A DNA stretch of 64,000 nt from Chiloscyllium plagiosum (Eukaryota). Position 1 is the stretch's first letter; each line of letters starts with the position of its first letter. The position numbers were made by a program, and so were the translations under genes. The notes beneath the pieces were generated by a model. It was not told where the DNA came from. It saw only the letters and a list, made by a program, of their open reading frames with translations, and searched no databases. This document shows positions 13,109-26,030 of the stretch, piece by piece. The stretch is from the NCBI RefSeq assembly GCF_004010195.1, contig NC_057719.1, forward strand, positions 21,699,557 to 21,763,556, read 5' to 3'.

Positions 13109-13299
13109 CCCCATCATTTACAATGCTGGAGACTGCCTTGCAAGATATCCTCGAAAATACTGGTCTTGAAGACCCAACTCCAGATTACACCACATTGGCC
13201 TAGGTAACTGCAGCCAGGGCTGTGCTGGTTGGCAACAGCACGGGCACTGGAGGGGTGTGGCAGTGGGGCAAACATGAATGACCTCATCCTCAGACATAT

Positions 13300-13480
13300 G
13301 TCACGCAACACCGGGTTATAGTCTAACTGGTATTTTTGAAAACGTAAGCTTTCAGTGACAGTGACTTCACCTGATGAAGGAGCAGTGCTCCCAAAGCTTG
13401 TGATTTCAAATAAACCTGTTGGATTATAACCTGGTGTCATGTGACTTCTGATACAGTCCAACATTGGCACCTCCATATCA
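13300..13480. mobile_element. PLE family B palindromic insertion
   Basis: Left arm 13300-13353 is an inverted copy of about 13392-13445. Hammerhead TCAC-CTGATGA-A-GGAGC-AGT-GCTCC-CAAA-GCTT-GTGA at 13367-13403 (GAAA mutated). Possible TSD TCATCCT(C/G)AGA. Confidence 0.8.
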
Positions 13481-13882
13481 TCATCCTGAGAGGACAGCAG
13501 GTTTGTATCTGTGGTGCCAGTGACAATCATCCAGGGTGACATCTAGTCCGAAAACCCAATAATTTATTGGACCACTGTTTGCTGGACTGTTGTGTAAGCC
13601 AATGCCTCCATGAAGACCGACATGGCACTAAAGGAGGCCATTATGACCTCAGTCTGAGATTTCATTGCAACATTGAGATAGTTACACCTTCGCCAATGCT
13701 ACAACAGATACTGCTGTTGCATTAAGTAGTAGTTACGAGACAATTACTGTTGAAGTTGCATTACCTTCACCCAATTTGATGATGTCATCCAGACTTTGGC
13801 TGAAAGCAAGTGAGTTCTGTCCATGTAGTTAAAGGGAGTATTCTGATGTATTCTTAAAGATGTATTCTGTACAGTTAACTTA

Positions 13883-14120
13883 AAACAAAGAACTGTGGAT
13901 TCTGGAAATGTGAAGCATGCAAAAGGAGAAAATGCTGAAAAAAATCAGCATATCTGACAGCATCTACAGACAGAAAACAGAGTTCATGTTTCAAGTCCAG
14001 TGATCATTCTTTAGAGTTTTGAATGATCATGTCACTGCGCTCAAAATTCTGTCAATTCTGCTTTCTCTCCATAGATGCTGCCAGGCCAGCTGAGTTTTTC
14101 TAGCAATTTCTGTATTTTTT
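13883..14120. mobile_element. PLE family D palindromic insertion, old
   Basis: The arm GAAAATGCTGAAAAAAATCAGCATATCTGACAGCATCTACAGACAGAAAACAGA is an imperfect inverse of TCTGCTTTCTCTCCATAGATGCTGCCAGGCCAGCTGAGTTTTTCTAGCAATTTC; degenerate TSD TGT(A/G)TTCTGTAC at 13861 and 14121. Confidence 0.7.
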
Positions 14121-14934
14121 TGTGTTCTGTACTGCTTTTGGAATTGTGCATGACCAGGAATGAAATTTGCAGTTATTACTGTTATGCAATAAACCATCTT
14201 GTTAACTGAGAAAAATGCCTTTTCTGTTTAGACTCAGGAGCAGTCTATTGTCTACGATTGATAATTAGACAGTCCCTAGGCACAGTGTGGACAAAGGAGG
14301 CTTGGTGACAGCGAACTGTCTCAAACATCACTAACCCAGTACTGCACACCGGCAGTGGTGGCAAATACAACAATGATGACAGCAGCCACCAGTCTCTTCA
14401 TCCTAGGTGTGCCTACATCATGCAGTCAACCACCAATCAATACTGGAAAGAAGGAGTTTCAAGGTCTATCTACAGCTCAATGTCATGTTAGAGCTCTGCT
14501 TCACTGTGCTCCTTGACAGTGGCAATAAACAATGCCATCTTGGTATGCGTAACCGTCAAAATTCTTCCATATATCACCCCGTCAACAACCACGTCTAAAC
14601 CTGATGCCACAAAACCAGTCTGTGGTTTCACCTTCACTGAGTTGGCACATGAGCCACGCTTCACCCTAACCTGACTGGACCCCAGTCATGTTGGAGATTC
14701 ATGTAGTGCTGATTCCAAATATTTGTTACCTGGTTAAGTTCATGTTGTGCTTGTATCAAGCTGGTGGCTCTTGGAATGAGATCAAGTGGTTATGCTTTTG
14801 CACCAAAGGTCTGATGCCAATTATGCTGAAGTTGTACTGGTTGAGAGGTCTTGAGTATCAATAAACAGAAATGCAGATGTAAGGAGTAGACATTTCACTG
14901 AACTGTTACAATGCAATTCTTGATTCTTTTACAA

Positions 14935-15615
14935 GTGAAAGAGTTTCTCCCTAGCTACTGTATCCGGAACCTTTATGATTGTGAAAACTTGTATCAAATC
15001 TCAATCATAGTCTTCTCCTTGCCATAGAAATCAGTCTCAATTTCTGCAATCTTTCCTCAGGACTGAAGTATCTCAGCGCAGGAACCATTCTTGTCAGACT
15101 CTTATGCAATCTTTCTGAAGCATTCACATCCTTTCTCTAGTGTGGCACGCACAACAGTACATGGAATATCAGTTGAGGTCTCACCAGTGTTCTAGATAAA
15201 TTCACCATTATCTCCCTGCTCTTGTGTTCTACTTCCGAATTAATGATACCTATTAATGAAAGCTGTATGCTTTATTAATACTCTTTTCATCTATTTGTCC
15301 TGTCACCTTGAATGACTTATATATACATACATACATACATATGCACTTCTGCACAGTCTTTAGAATATAATAAATTAAATCATGCTCCATGTTCTACGTA
15401 TCAAAGTGCATCACCTCAAATTTAGAACTTAGAATATAAAACCATACAACACAGCAAAAGGCCCTTTGGCCCATCACGACTGTGGGGATCATGATGCTGT
15501 TCTAAACTAATCCCTTCTGCCATGGCCCATAACTCTCTATTCTCTGCCTGGTCATGTGTCTCTCTAAATGCCTGAGACTCTGCTAGCACATCTGCTTCTC
15601 CCATCTCCTTTGGCA
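14935..15615 (-). mobile_element. Decayed CR1-type fragments (RT C-terminal relic plus a separate 3' tail)
   Basis: Resembles the minus-strand CR1 3' regions elsewhere in the window; second tail TTAGAACTTAGAATATAAAACCATACAACACAG...GGCCCTTTGGCCC from 15421; short (TACA)n at about 15324-15340. Confidence 0.55.
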
Positions 15616-15819
15616 GATTGAATGCAGCACCGAGCTTACATAGGACTCAGTGCAGGGCAGTCATACATCACAATCTCTGTGCCTGTAAATGAATCTCATT
15701 CCATTTCTTCCACACAGGTTTAGGTGATAGATCAATAATTAAAAAAGAAAGGCTGAACAGGTTTAAATTGCTAAATGATCTGCTCCTCCTCCTATAAGAT
15801 ATTTTATATCTGATTAGTT

Positions 15820-15998
15820 GGCAGTTTAGGCCTCAGTTTAACATCTGTTCCAAAAAAATGGCAACTCATGGAGGACATCACCCCCTCATATTGCCCAGAG
15901 GTGTCAGTATAAATTATACACTCAAGCCCTCAGAAGGATGCTCAAACTCATGCCTTCTGTTTCAGTAATGGGAATACTCCCAACTGATCTATGACTGA
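15820..15998 (-). mobile_element. Deu-domain SINE (SacSINE1/AmnSINE-like) 5' relic
   Basis: GGCCTCAGTTTAACATCTG...GGTGTCAGTATAAATTATACACTCAAG...CCTTCTG resembles the reverse strand of Deu-SINE heads as I recall them; heavily decayed. Confidence 0.5.
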
Positions 15999-16305
15999 CG
16001 CTGGAGATCATATTCTAATGTGGCTTTCATCTGCTACTGATGGTTATGAATCTCGCTAAAACAGTCCAATCTTTCATTTGGATAGCTATATCTCTGCTCT
16101 GATGTCAGCAAGCCATTAATCAGAACTGAAACCATGCTCCTCATGCCCAGATCACTCTACAATCGCACCGGTGTTTGAATTCTGCATTATATAGCAACCA
16201 TTGAAGTCAAAACCTGCATTCAGATCATCAAGAGATTAATGAAAACCATCCAAATTTTATTCAAAATGCTGTTGTTAGCATTTTGTTGTCAGTTTAATAT
16301 TTTTT

Positions 16306-16615
16306 TTAGATTACTTTACAGTGTGGAAACAGGCCCTTCGGCCCAACAAGTCCACACCGACCTGCCGAAGCGCAAACCACCCATACCCCTACATTTACCC
16401 CTTACCTAACACTACGGATAATTTAGCATGGCCAATTCACCTGACCTGCACATCTTTGGACTGTGGGAGGAAACCGGAGCACCCGGAGGAAATCCACGCA
16501 GACACAGGGAGAATGTGCAAACTCCACACAGTCAGTCGCCTGAGGCGGGAATCGAACCCGGGTCTCTGGCGCTGTGAGGCAGCAGTGCTAACCACTGTGC
16601 CACCGTGCCGCCCAC
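16306..16615 (-). mobile_element. HE1-like tRNA-derived SINE, young full-length copy
   Basis: Minus strand GGGCGGCACGGTGGCACAGTGGTTAGCACTGCTGCCTCACAGCGCCAGAGACCCGGGTTCGATTCCC with pol III A box (TGGCACAGTGG) and B box (GGTTCGATTCC); CpGs retained; CR1-like tail GGGCCGAAGGGCCTGTTTCCACACTGTAA. Confidence 0.95.
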
Positions 16616-17521
16616 TTGCATATTCTTGCATAACATCTCTATCTCTGTCTTCTCATTGGTTACATTTGACTCACAATAAGTCATTTTGTCCCAGTTCTCA
16701 ATTGGAAATGCTATTTTCTTGAACTACTCGTGTTCAAATAGGACATCAGACAAGTATTTGCACAAAAAGCTGAAGCGCTTGCATTGGTGTTAGAGACTTG
16801 TGTTTTCAGTAAACATGGGCCCAACAGTGTATTTGAATGGCTAGGCCAGAAGCTTCAATAGGCCTAAGCAATGAAGAAAATAGTGAAGATGGCACAGATT
16901 TCAAGAAGTCATATAGAACTTCAAGTACACCTGAGTCTGTGATTGTTGCAGGCAAACCATGTCAGTCCCAGAATACAGCTACAGGAGATCTTCTGACAAC
17001 ATGTCTTATGATCTTCTATCCATGTAAACGTCAGAAGTAACAATGTTCACAATAGTACAGTGTTCAAAGCCACTTGCAGGTCCTCAGATACTGAAGCAAT
17101 TGATGTCCATATGTGTTAAGATCTGGGCAACATTTCAGCTTAGGCTGAGAAATAACAAGTAGTATGCGCACCATACAAGTGCTGGACAATGAGTATCCTT
17201 AGTAACAAAGGATCAAACCATTGCCCCTTACCATTCAACAGCATTTTACTGAATTCCGTCACGCTCAACATTCTAGGGGTAACCTTTGACAAAAAACTGA
17301 ACTAAGACAGCTATTCAAAAATTGTGGTTATGAAAGTAAGTCAGAGACTAGGAATTCATTGATAAATTACTCACCACCTAATTCACCGAAACCTGTCCGC
17401 CATTGATAGTGCACTAGTTCGGAGTCTAATGGAATACACTTCACATTTAGAGATGCACTTCGCTGAGGCGACACTTAAGAAGCCCAACACAATTCAATTA
17501 AAAAAACGAGCATGATTGATA

Positions 17522-17716
17522 GAAAAGCGCAGCAGGTCAGGCAGCATCCAAGGAGCAGGAGAATCGACGTTTCAGGCATGAACCCTTCAGCAGAATAGCT
17601 TATATCCAAAACATTGATTTTCCTGGTCCTCAGATGCTGCCTGACCTGCTGTGCTTTTCCAGCACTATTCTCTCGACTCTGATATCCAGCATCTGCAGTT
17701 CTCATTTTCTCCCAGA
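17522..17716. mobile_element. PLE family A palindromic insertion
   Basis: Diverged inverted arms; 10-bp TSD ATGATTGATA at 17512-17521 and 17717-17726. Confidence 0.85.
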
Positions 17717-17769
17717 ATGATTGATAAGCAATCCACCACAGGAAGCATTCACTATCTGTATCACCAGTG

Positions 17770-17980
17770 TAAGGTAGTTTGCATGTGGAATGAACTTCCC
17801 GAGGAACTGATGGATGTGGGTACAATTACAATGTTCAAAAGTCATTTGGATAGATACATGAATGGGAAATATTTGGAGGGATATGTGCTAGGAGCAGACA
17901 GCTGGGACTGGTTTAGTTTGGGATTATGTTCAGCATGGACTAGTTGGACTGAAGTGTCTGTTTCTGTACTGTGCAACTCT
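17770..17980 (+). mobile_element. CR1 3' tail fragment
   Basis: VVCMWNELPEELMDVGTITMFKSHLDRYM within ORF 17651..18049. Confidence 0.85.
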
Positions 17981-18339
17981 AAGAAGTATGTACCATTTAC
18001 AAGATGCACTACAGAAATTCTCCAGGGTTTCATCCATCTAAATCCTTGAACTTAACATGGAAGAGCAAGCATTGCAAACACATGGGAATATCACATCACA
18101 TGCCCCTTCCCCTACAAGTTACTCATTATCTTGACTTAGAACTATATTATTATTCCTCTACTTTCACTGGATCAAAATCCAGGGACACGTTTTATGATAG
18201 CATTGGGGTCTTACATATACCAGACAAACAGCAGCAGTTCAAGTTGGGGGCTTATGAATGTCTTCTCAAGGGCGAAGGAAATTATGGATGAGCCCCAAAT
18301 GTTAGCATTTGAAAGGGCTAATGGCGAAGGCGTCATTAA

Positions 18340-20490
18340 AATACCATACAGTTCTAAATTGGAGCAAGGTGAATTTTGATAGAATTAGACAAGAGTTTGC
18401 AGTGGTTGATTGGAGTAGTTTGTTTGCAGGCAAAGGGACCTTCAGCAAGTGGGAGGCCTTTAAATGTGTGATAGCTAGAGTTCAAGGCCTATATGTTCCT
18501 GTGAAAGGTAACATTGTCAGGAATAGGGAACGCTAGATGACAAGAGTTGTTGAGGCTTCGATCAGAAAAAAAAGGAGGTATGGCACAGGTACAGTCCACT
18601 GGGATCAAGGGAATCCCTGGAGGTAAAAAGGAAATACAGGAGTTTACTGAAGAAGAAAATCAGGAGGGTGAAAAAGTGGCACAAGATAGCCTTGCTTGAG
18701 AAGATTAGGGTGAATCCAAAAAGGATCTTTAAGTATGTTAAAGTATAAAGAATAATTAGAGAGAGAATATGACCCCCTCAAGGACCAAAGTGGAAATGTA
18801 TATGTAGAACCGCAGGAGATTGGCGAGGTCCTCAATTAATATTTCTTCTTTGAGTTCACAGTGGAGAAAGACATGAAGAGTTGGAAACTTGGGGAAGTTA
18901 ATGGTTATATGTTGGTAACAGTCGAGGAGGTGTTGGATGTATTTGAATGTATGAAGGTGGATAAGTCTCCTGGTCCTGACCAGATCTATCCAAGAATACT
19001 GCAAGAGAATAGATAAGAAATTTTGGGGGTCCTGGTTGATATTTCTGTACCATGTTTAACCACAGGTGAGGTCCCGGAAGACTGAAGGGTAGCGAACGTT
19101 GTGCCCTTACTCAAGAAAGGCTGCAAAGATAAACCTGGGAACTATAGACTAGTAAGCCTAACATCTATGGTAGGTAAGTTACTTGAGAAGATTCTGAGAG
19201 ATAAAATATACATGTTTTTGGAAAGACAGGGCTTGATTAGGAGTTGTCAACATGGCTTTATGTATGAGAGATCATGCCTCACAAACTTGTTAGAGTTCTT
19301 TGATGAAGTGACCAGGAAGCTTGACGGAGGTCAGGGCAGTGGACATAGTCTATATAGGTAGGCTGCTCTGGAAGGTTAGATCGCATGGAATCCAAGGGGA
19401 GCTGGCAGATTAAACACACAGTTGGCTTTATGGTTGGAAGCAGAGGGTAAGAGTAGAAGGATGCTTGTCTGACTAGAGGCCTATGACGAGTGGAGTGTCT
19501 CAGGGGTCAGTGCTGGGTCCATTGCTGTTTGTTATCTATATCAATGATTTGGATGAGAATGTACAATACATGATAAATATGTTTGATGACATTAAAATAG
19601 ATGGTATTATGGACAGTGAGGAAGGTTATCAGAAATTGCAGTAGGACCTTGGTCAGCTAGGGATGTAGTCTGAGAAATGGCAAATGGAATTTAACATAGA
19701 TAAGTGTGAGGTGTTGCATTTTGGAAAGCTGAATCAAGGTAGGAGTTTCGTGGTGAATGGTAGGACCTTAAGGAGTTTAGTGGAACAGAGGGACCTTGAA
19801 GTTCAGGTTCCCAGTTCTCTAAAAGTGGAGTCACAGGTAGACAGGGCAGGAAAAAAGGCGTTTGGCACACTGGCCTTTATCAGTCAGGGCATTGAGTATA
19901 GAAGTTGGGAAGTTATGTTGCAATTGTACAAGATGTTGGTGAGGCCTCACTTGGACTATTGTGTTCAGTTTTGGTCAGCTTGCTATGGTAAGGATGCTAT
20001 TAAACTGGAGAGAGTGCAGAAGAAATTTACAAGGATGTTGCCAGGACTCAAGTGTCTAAGTTGTAGGGAAAAGTTGGACAAGCTAGGACTTTTTTCATTC
20101 GAGCTTAGGAGACTGAGAGGGGTATCATCTAAATGTATAAGATCATGAGAGGCATGGATAGGGTGAATGCACTCAGTGTTTTTTTCCCAGGGTTGGTGAA
20201 TCGAGGACTAGAGGGCATCTGTTTAAGGTTAAAGGACAAAGAATAAAAGGGAACCTGAGGGGGAATTTTTTTACACAGAGGTTGGTACACATATGGAATG
20301 AGCTGCCACCAGAAGTGGTTGAGGCACGTACATTAACAACATTTAAAAGGCATGTTGGACAAATACATGGAAAGGAAGAAGATGGGCCAACGATAAGGAA
20401 ATGGGGTTAGGATGGACATTTTGGTTGGCATGGATCAGTTTGGGCCAATGGGCCTGTCAGCATGGTGTAAGTCTCTGTGACTCAATGTCT
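18340..20490 (+). mobile_element. 5'-truncated CR1 LINE (ORF2 RT to 3' tail), decayed
   Basis: ORFs 19101..19361 (PGNYRLVSLTSMVGK, QHGF) and 19684..20148 (MEFNIDKCEVLHFG...LVRPHLDYCVQFWS); same subfamily as 3348-7130. Confidence 0.93.
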
Positions 20491-20710
20491 GATTATGTCA
20501 AATGGACATGAGTGAAGAACAGCTCAGGATCTTGAAGGATATAGATCTTCCATCTTGCTCTCCTTGTAGTTTTAATAAAAAGGTCTCTGACACAAATGTA
20601 ACTTGTACCTAATTGCTATCATGTAATAAACTACAGGTAGGATATTCTGAGAAGGACCAATCTCATTTTCCTTTCTTGCACCATGGCAAAGTTCCTCATT
20701 TTTGACAAGA

Positions 20711-20800
20711 CATCGACGTTTCGGGTAGGAGTTCTTCATCAGGAATGAGGCTAGAAGCCTTGGGGGTGGAGGGAGAGAGAGGGGAAAGAGTGGGTCAGGT
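20711..20800 (-). mobile_element. PLE family A fragment with hammerhead core
   Basis: Minus strand ATTCCTGATGAAGAACTCCTACCCGAAACGTCGAT (helix II disrupted); purine-rich flank like 38750-38960. Confidence 0.65.
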
Positions 20801-21054
20801 CTTTAGTGGTGGAAGTGGATATTGGGTCCTGGGCATGGGGGAAGGTTAGGATTTGGTTCTGGAGGGAAAAGAAGTATCAAATCACAGTCTAAGGTTTGAG
20901 CTCGAGGGTGCAGTTAGGAGTGTGTAAGCTAAATTGAGAATTAGTTTAAAAGTGAATAGATTGTAGCCAAATTAGCAGATGGCAAAGGAGTGATGGAAAG
21001 TAAAGTTGTGAGAGGGATACAAACAATTTACAGAGAGATATTAAGAAAGTGGGC

Positions 21055-21185
21055 AAACAGGTTTGGAGGGATATAGACGAAACACAGGCAAATGGGACTA
21101 GGTTAGTTTGAGAAACCCTTTTGACAGGGACAAGTTGGACTGATGAGCCTACTTCTATGTTGTACGGTTCTATGATTCTTCTATG
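21055..21185 (+). mobile_element. CR1 3' tail fragment
   Basis: GTTTGGAGGGATATAG...GGCAAATGGGACTAG...CTATGATTC. Confidence 0.7.
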
Positions 21186-21377
21186 CTAAGAACAATCAGG
21201 ACCTTTACAGCTGAATTTAAAAAGGAGGATGGTGGCAACATGGTGATTATGATGAATATCCATTGTCCAATGCTGGCAACATTCACATTGAAGGAATGCC
21301 TTTAAAAAAAGCTAAGTTCATTATAATCAAAAAGGGTTTTAGTTGTTTGCAAGTGTTTAGGAAATTAAACAAAATAC

Positions 21378-21790
21378 GAGAGTTATAGAGTCATAGAGAT
21401 GTATAGCACAGAAACAGACCCTTTGGTCCAAATCGTCAAGCCGACCAGATATCCCAACCCAATCTCGTCTCATTTGCCAGCACTTGACCCATATCCTTCT
21501 AAACCCTTGTCATCCAGATGTCTTTTAAATGTTGCAATTGTACCAGTCTCCACCACTTCCTCTGGCAGCTCATTCCATACACGCAGCATCCTCTGCATGA
21601 AAAAGGTGCCCCTTAGGTCCCTTTTATATCTTTCCCCTCTCACTCTAAACCTATGCCCTTTAGTTCTGGACTCCCCCACCCCAGGGAAAAGACTTTGTCT
21701 ATTTATCCTATCCATGCCTCTCATGATTTCATAAACCACTATGAGGTCACCCCTTAGCCTTCGACGCTGCAGGGAAAACAGCCCCATTGT
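21378..21790 (-). mobile_element. CR1 3' fragment
   Basis: ORF 21470..21799 GLFSLQRRRLRGDLI...VWNELPEEVVE; tail GAGTTATAGAGTCATAGAG. Confidence 0.92.
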
Positions 21791-22034
21791 TCTCCACATC
21801 CTTTTTGAGTTTTGGAAGAATGTGATGAGAGCTCTTACTTCAGTTTTAACATATGCACTTCATTTTAATCCCTCTTGAAAAATATTGCCTGAAAAGGTAT
21901 TCAAACATTTTTAGTTTGCTAACCAGAATACTAATTGTTAAAGGAGAAAGTGAGGTCTGCAGATGCTGGAGATCAGAGATGGAAATGTGTTGCTGGAAAA
22001 GCGCAACAGGTCAGGCAGCATCTAGGGAACAGGA

Positions 22035-22070
22035 GAATCGACGTTTCGGGCATTAGCCCTTCTTCAGGAA
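22035..22070 (-). ncRNA. Minimal hammerhead ribozyme motif
   Basis: Minus strand TTC-CTGAAGA-A-GGGC-TAAT-GCCC-GAAA-C-GTC-GATTC. Confidence 0.8.
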
Positions 22071-22110
22071 TGAGGAACCAACTTTCCTCATGCTGGACCA
22101 ACTTTCCTCA

Positions 22111-22146
22111 TTCCTGAAGAAGGGCTAATGCCCGAAACGTCGATTC
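22111..22146 (+). ncRNA. Minimal hammerhead ribozyme motif
   Basis: TTC-CTGAAGA-A-GGGC-TAAT-GCCC-GAAA-C-GTC-GATTC. Confidence 0.8.
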
Positions 22147-22498
22147 TCCTGTTCCCTAGATGCTGCCTGACCTGCTGCGCTTTTCCAGCAACACATTTCC
22201 ATTACTAATTGTTAAAATCTAACTTTAGTGGAAGAAAGTAATATCTAACTAACATTGTAATTTGCTAACAGTTGATTTCATTAAGTTTTCTTTTTGTAGG
22301 ATGGTAAAATATAGAAATAGGGCAATATATAAAATGATGTCAATGCAGAGCAATTCTGGGAGTTTGTATCAAGTTTTAAAACAGGGGCTTTGATGACTGT
22401 CTACGACAGAACAACTGCTTGCATGAGAATGAAATATAGATGTCTCTCTACTAAATATGGAAACACAGCTTGTAAAAATATTGAAATTCTGCATTAAA

Positions 22499-22625
22499 TA
22501 TTACACAACACCAGGTTATAATCCAACAGGTTTATTTGAAAACACTAGCTTTCGGAGCACTGCTACCTGGTGTTGTGTAATTTTTAACTTTGTATACCCC
22601 AGCCCAACACCGGCTCCTCCAAATC
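22499..22625. mobile_element. PLE family B short palindromic insertion (hammerhead 5' half lost)
   Basis: TTACACAACACCAGGT...ACCTGGTGTTGTGTAA inverted pair; degenerate TSD TTGAAAT(T/A)CTGCA(T/G)TA at 22481 and 22626. Confidence 0.8.
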
Positions 22626-23578
22626 TTGAAATACTGCAGTAGAGACAAAATATTTTATTTATGCAAATAAGAAAAGTTAGCAAAAGTCTCATTAGCTATG
22701 CCTGATTGGTTAAGCATAGCATGCTCAAAAGATTTTGGGGGAAAATGAGAGGTCCACTGGAGTAGAACCAGGATAAAAGAGATCCTGACTTTGGTTTGTT
22801 TGCACAGAACAAGGGAAGGGAGACCATCTCGAGACAAATTAAACCAGGACAATAGGCATAGGAGAGAGAAATGGAGTGATGTGAAGATGTAAGGATCACA
22901 GCTGAAAGAGAATCATTCACATGTTCTCCCATCCAGGTCTTGATGTGAATGGATTAATCTGCATTAAACTGTGAATCACTGTCCTGCTTTATTGATAGAG
23001 TTTATTTCAAAACTTAAATTTGGTGACTTAATCGAAGAAAGTCTATTCACAACACAAATTTGCTGCTAGGTCTGTCCTTCCTTAACCAGATTCAGGTTCT
23101 CAAAACCTGATAGAAAAAAATAATGTTGTATATATTTTCTACCATTTTTTATGTTGTTTTAGTTTATTTGAAGCACATTGTTATAACACCATCATCACCA
23201 ACCACTCGTCCCCAAAATGTTGATGATGTTGTTTAAGGGTTTCAATAACTTTGGAGCAACATTATGATAGTTTTACCAAGCTGTACACTGCTGATAGAAA
23301 AGGATGAAATAATAGTCTCTTTTGATGTAACAGCCCTGTTCACATCAATCAACATCAACCTGGCCAAGGAAACACTGACTACACTTTTAGAAGACCCAAA
23401 GACACATAGACCAAACACCACCAACTTCATCAGTAAGGACAGTATCGTCAAGCTAGTGGACCTATGCCTTACCACCCACTTCACCTTCAACAACAAAACA
23501 TACAGATAAACCAACAGAACACCCATGAGATCTCCGATATCAGAGTTCTTAGCAGAGACAGTATGGAGTCCTGGAGTC

Positions 23579-23840
23579 ATAGAGATGTACAGCATGGAAA
23601 CAGACCCCTCGGTTCAAACCGTCCATGCCAACCAGATATCCCAACTCAATCTAGTACCTGGCCCATATCCCTCCAAACCCTTCTTATTCATATACCCATC
23701 CAGATAGAGATGTACAGCATGGAAACAGACCCCTCGGTTCAAACCGTCCATGCCAACCAGATATCCCAACTCAATCTAGTCACACATGCAGGTACCTGGC
23801 CCATATCCCTCCAAACCTTCTTATTCATATACCCATCCAG
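23579..23840. repeat. Tandem duplication of the CR1 3' end
   Basis: 23579-23703 and 23704-23840 are near-identical; the first lacks CACACATGCAGGT. Confidence 0.9.
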
Positions 23841-23849
23841 ATGCCTTTT

Positions 23850-26030
23850 AAATGTTACAATTGTACCAGCCTCCACCACTTCCTCTGGCAGCTCATTCCA
23901 TACACATACCACCCTCTGAGTGAAAAAGTTACTCCTTNNNNNNNNNNNNNNNNNNNNNNNNNNNNNNNNNNNNNNNNNNNNNNNNNNNNNNNNNNNNCTC
24001 AGCCCATTGGCCCATCTGGTCCAGATCCTGTTGTAATCTGAGGTAACCCTCTTCGCTGTCCACTACACCTCCAATTTTGGTGTCATCTGCAAACTTACTA
24101 ACTGTACCTCTTATGCTCGCATCCAAATCATTTATGTAAATGACAAAAAGTAGAGGGCCCAGCACCGATCCTTGTGGCACTCCACTGGTCACAGGCCTCC
24201 CGTCTGAAAAACAACCCTTCATCACCACCCTCTGTCTTCTATCTTTGAGCCAGCTCTGTATCCAAGTGGCTAGTTCTCCCTGTATTCCATGAGATCTAAC
24301 CTTGCTAATCAGTCTCCCATGGGAACCTTGTCGAATGCTTTACTGAAGTCCATATAGATCACATCTACCACTCTGCCCTCATCAATCCTCTTTGTTACTT
24401 CTTCAAAAAATTCAATCAAATGTGTGAGACATGATTTCCCACGCACAAAGCCATGTTGACTATCCTTGATTGGTCCTTGCCTTTCCAAATACATGTACAT
24501 TCTGTCCCTCAGGATTCCCTCCAACAACTTTCCCACCACCGATGTCAGGCTCACTGGTCTATAGTTCCCTGGCTTGCCCTTACCACCCTTCTTAAACAGT
24601 GGCTCCACGTTAGCCAGACTCCAGTCTTCCAGCACCTCACGTGTGCCTATCAATGAAATAAATATCTCTGCAAGAGGCCCAGCAATCACTTCTCTAGGTT
24701 CCCACGAGTTCTACAGTACACCTGACCAGGTCCTGGGGATTTATCCACCTCTATGCATTTCAAGACATCCAGCACCTCCTCCTCTGTAATAGGGACATTT
24801 TGTAAGGTGTCACCATCTGTTTCCCTACATTCTATATCATTTTCCACAGTAAATAATGATGCAAAATACTCGTTTAGTATCTCCTGCGGCTCCACACAAA
24901 GGCCGCCTTGATGATCTTTGAGGGGCCCTATTCTCTCCCAATATTTTGTCCTTAATATATTTGTAAAAACCCTTTGGATTCTCCTTAATTCTATTTGCCA
25001 AAGCTATCTAATGTCCTCTTTTTGCTATACTGATTTCCCTCTTAAGTATACTCCTACTGCCTTTATACTTTTCTAAGGATTCACTCGATCTATCCTGTCT
25101 ATACCTGACATATGCTTCCTTCTCTTTCTTAACCAAACCTTCAATTTCTTTATCATCCAGCATTCCCTATACCTATCGGGCTTTCCTTTCACCCTAAGTG
25201 GAATATACTTTCTCTAGATTCTCGTTTCCTCATTTCTGAAGGCTTCCTATTTTCCAGCTGTCCCTTTACCTGCGAACATCTGCCCCCAATCAGCTTTTGA
25301 AAGTTCTTGCCTAATACCGTCAAAATTGGCCTTGCTCCAATTTAGAAATTTAACTTTTAGATCTGGTCTATCCTTTTCCATAACTATTTTGAAACCCATA
25401 GAATTATGGTCACTGGCCCCAAAGTGCTTCCCCACTGACACCTCAGTCACCTGCCCTGCCTTATTTCCTAAGAGTTTTAAGTTTTGCACCTTCCCTGGTA
25501 GGTACATCCACATACTGAATCAGAAAATTTTTTTGTACACACTTAACAAATTCCTCTCCAGCTGAACCCTTAACACTATGGCAGTCCCAGCCTATGTTTG
25601 GAAAGTTAAAGTCCCCTACCATAACCACCCTATTATTCTTACAGATAGCTGAGATTTGCCTACAAGTTTGTTTCTCTATTTCCGTCTGACTATTAGGGGG
25701 TCTATAATACAATCCCAATAAGGTGATCATCCCTTTCTTATTTCTCAGTTGCACACAATAACATCCCTGGATATATTTCCAGAAATATCCTCCCTCAGCA
25801 CAACTGTAGTGCTATCCCTTATCAAAAACGTCACTCCCCCTTCTCTCTTGCCTCCCTTTCTATCCTTCCTGTAGCATTTGTATCCTGGAACATTAAGCTG
25901 CCAGTCCTGCCCATCCTTGAGCCATGTTTCTGTAATTGCTATGATATCCCAGTCCCATGTTCCTATCCATGCCCTGAGTTCATCTGCCTTCCCTGTTAGG
26001 CCCCTTGCTTTGAAATAAATGCAGTTTATT
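23850..26030 (-). pseudogene. CR1 ORF2 (AP endonuclease + reverse transcriptase), disrupted
   Basis: [72 protein letters not shown] and KFADDTKIGG spread across several frames. Confidence 0.9.
23938..23997. other. Assembly gap (N run)
   Basis: 60 Ns inside the CR1; other CR1 copies suggest more than 60 bp is actually missing. Confidence 0.99.

Larger units (their letters stand above)
17040..18300 (+). mobile_element. Old L2/CR1-superfamily LINE RT C-terminal relic, interrupted twice
   Basis: Residual coding for DLGNISA*AEK*QV.APYKC, TLNILGVTFDKKLN, QRLGI and VRSLMEY; 3' tail near 18230-18275. Confidence 0.65.
21943..22202. mobile_element. PLE family A head-to-head palindrome, young
   Basis: Near-identical inverted arms at about 21979-22076 and 22105-22202; 14-bp TSD TACTAATTGTTAAA at 21929-21942 and 22203-22216. 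Confidence 0.92.

Noticed and set aside
16540..16615. tRNA genes at the SINE heads
   Set aside because: The A and B boxes run straight into a SINE body and LINE-like tail, repeated seven times; these are tRNA-derived SINEs.
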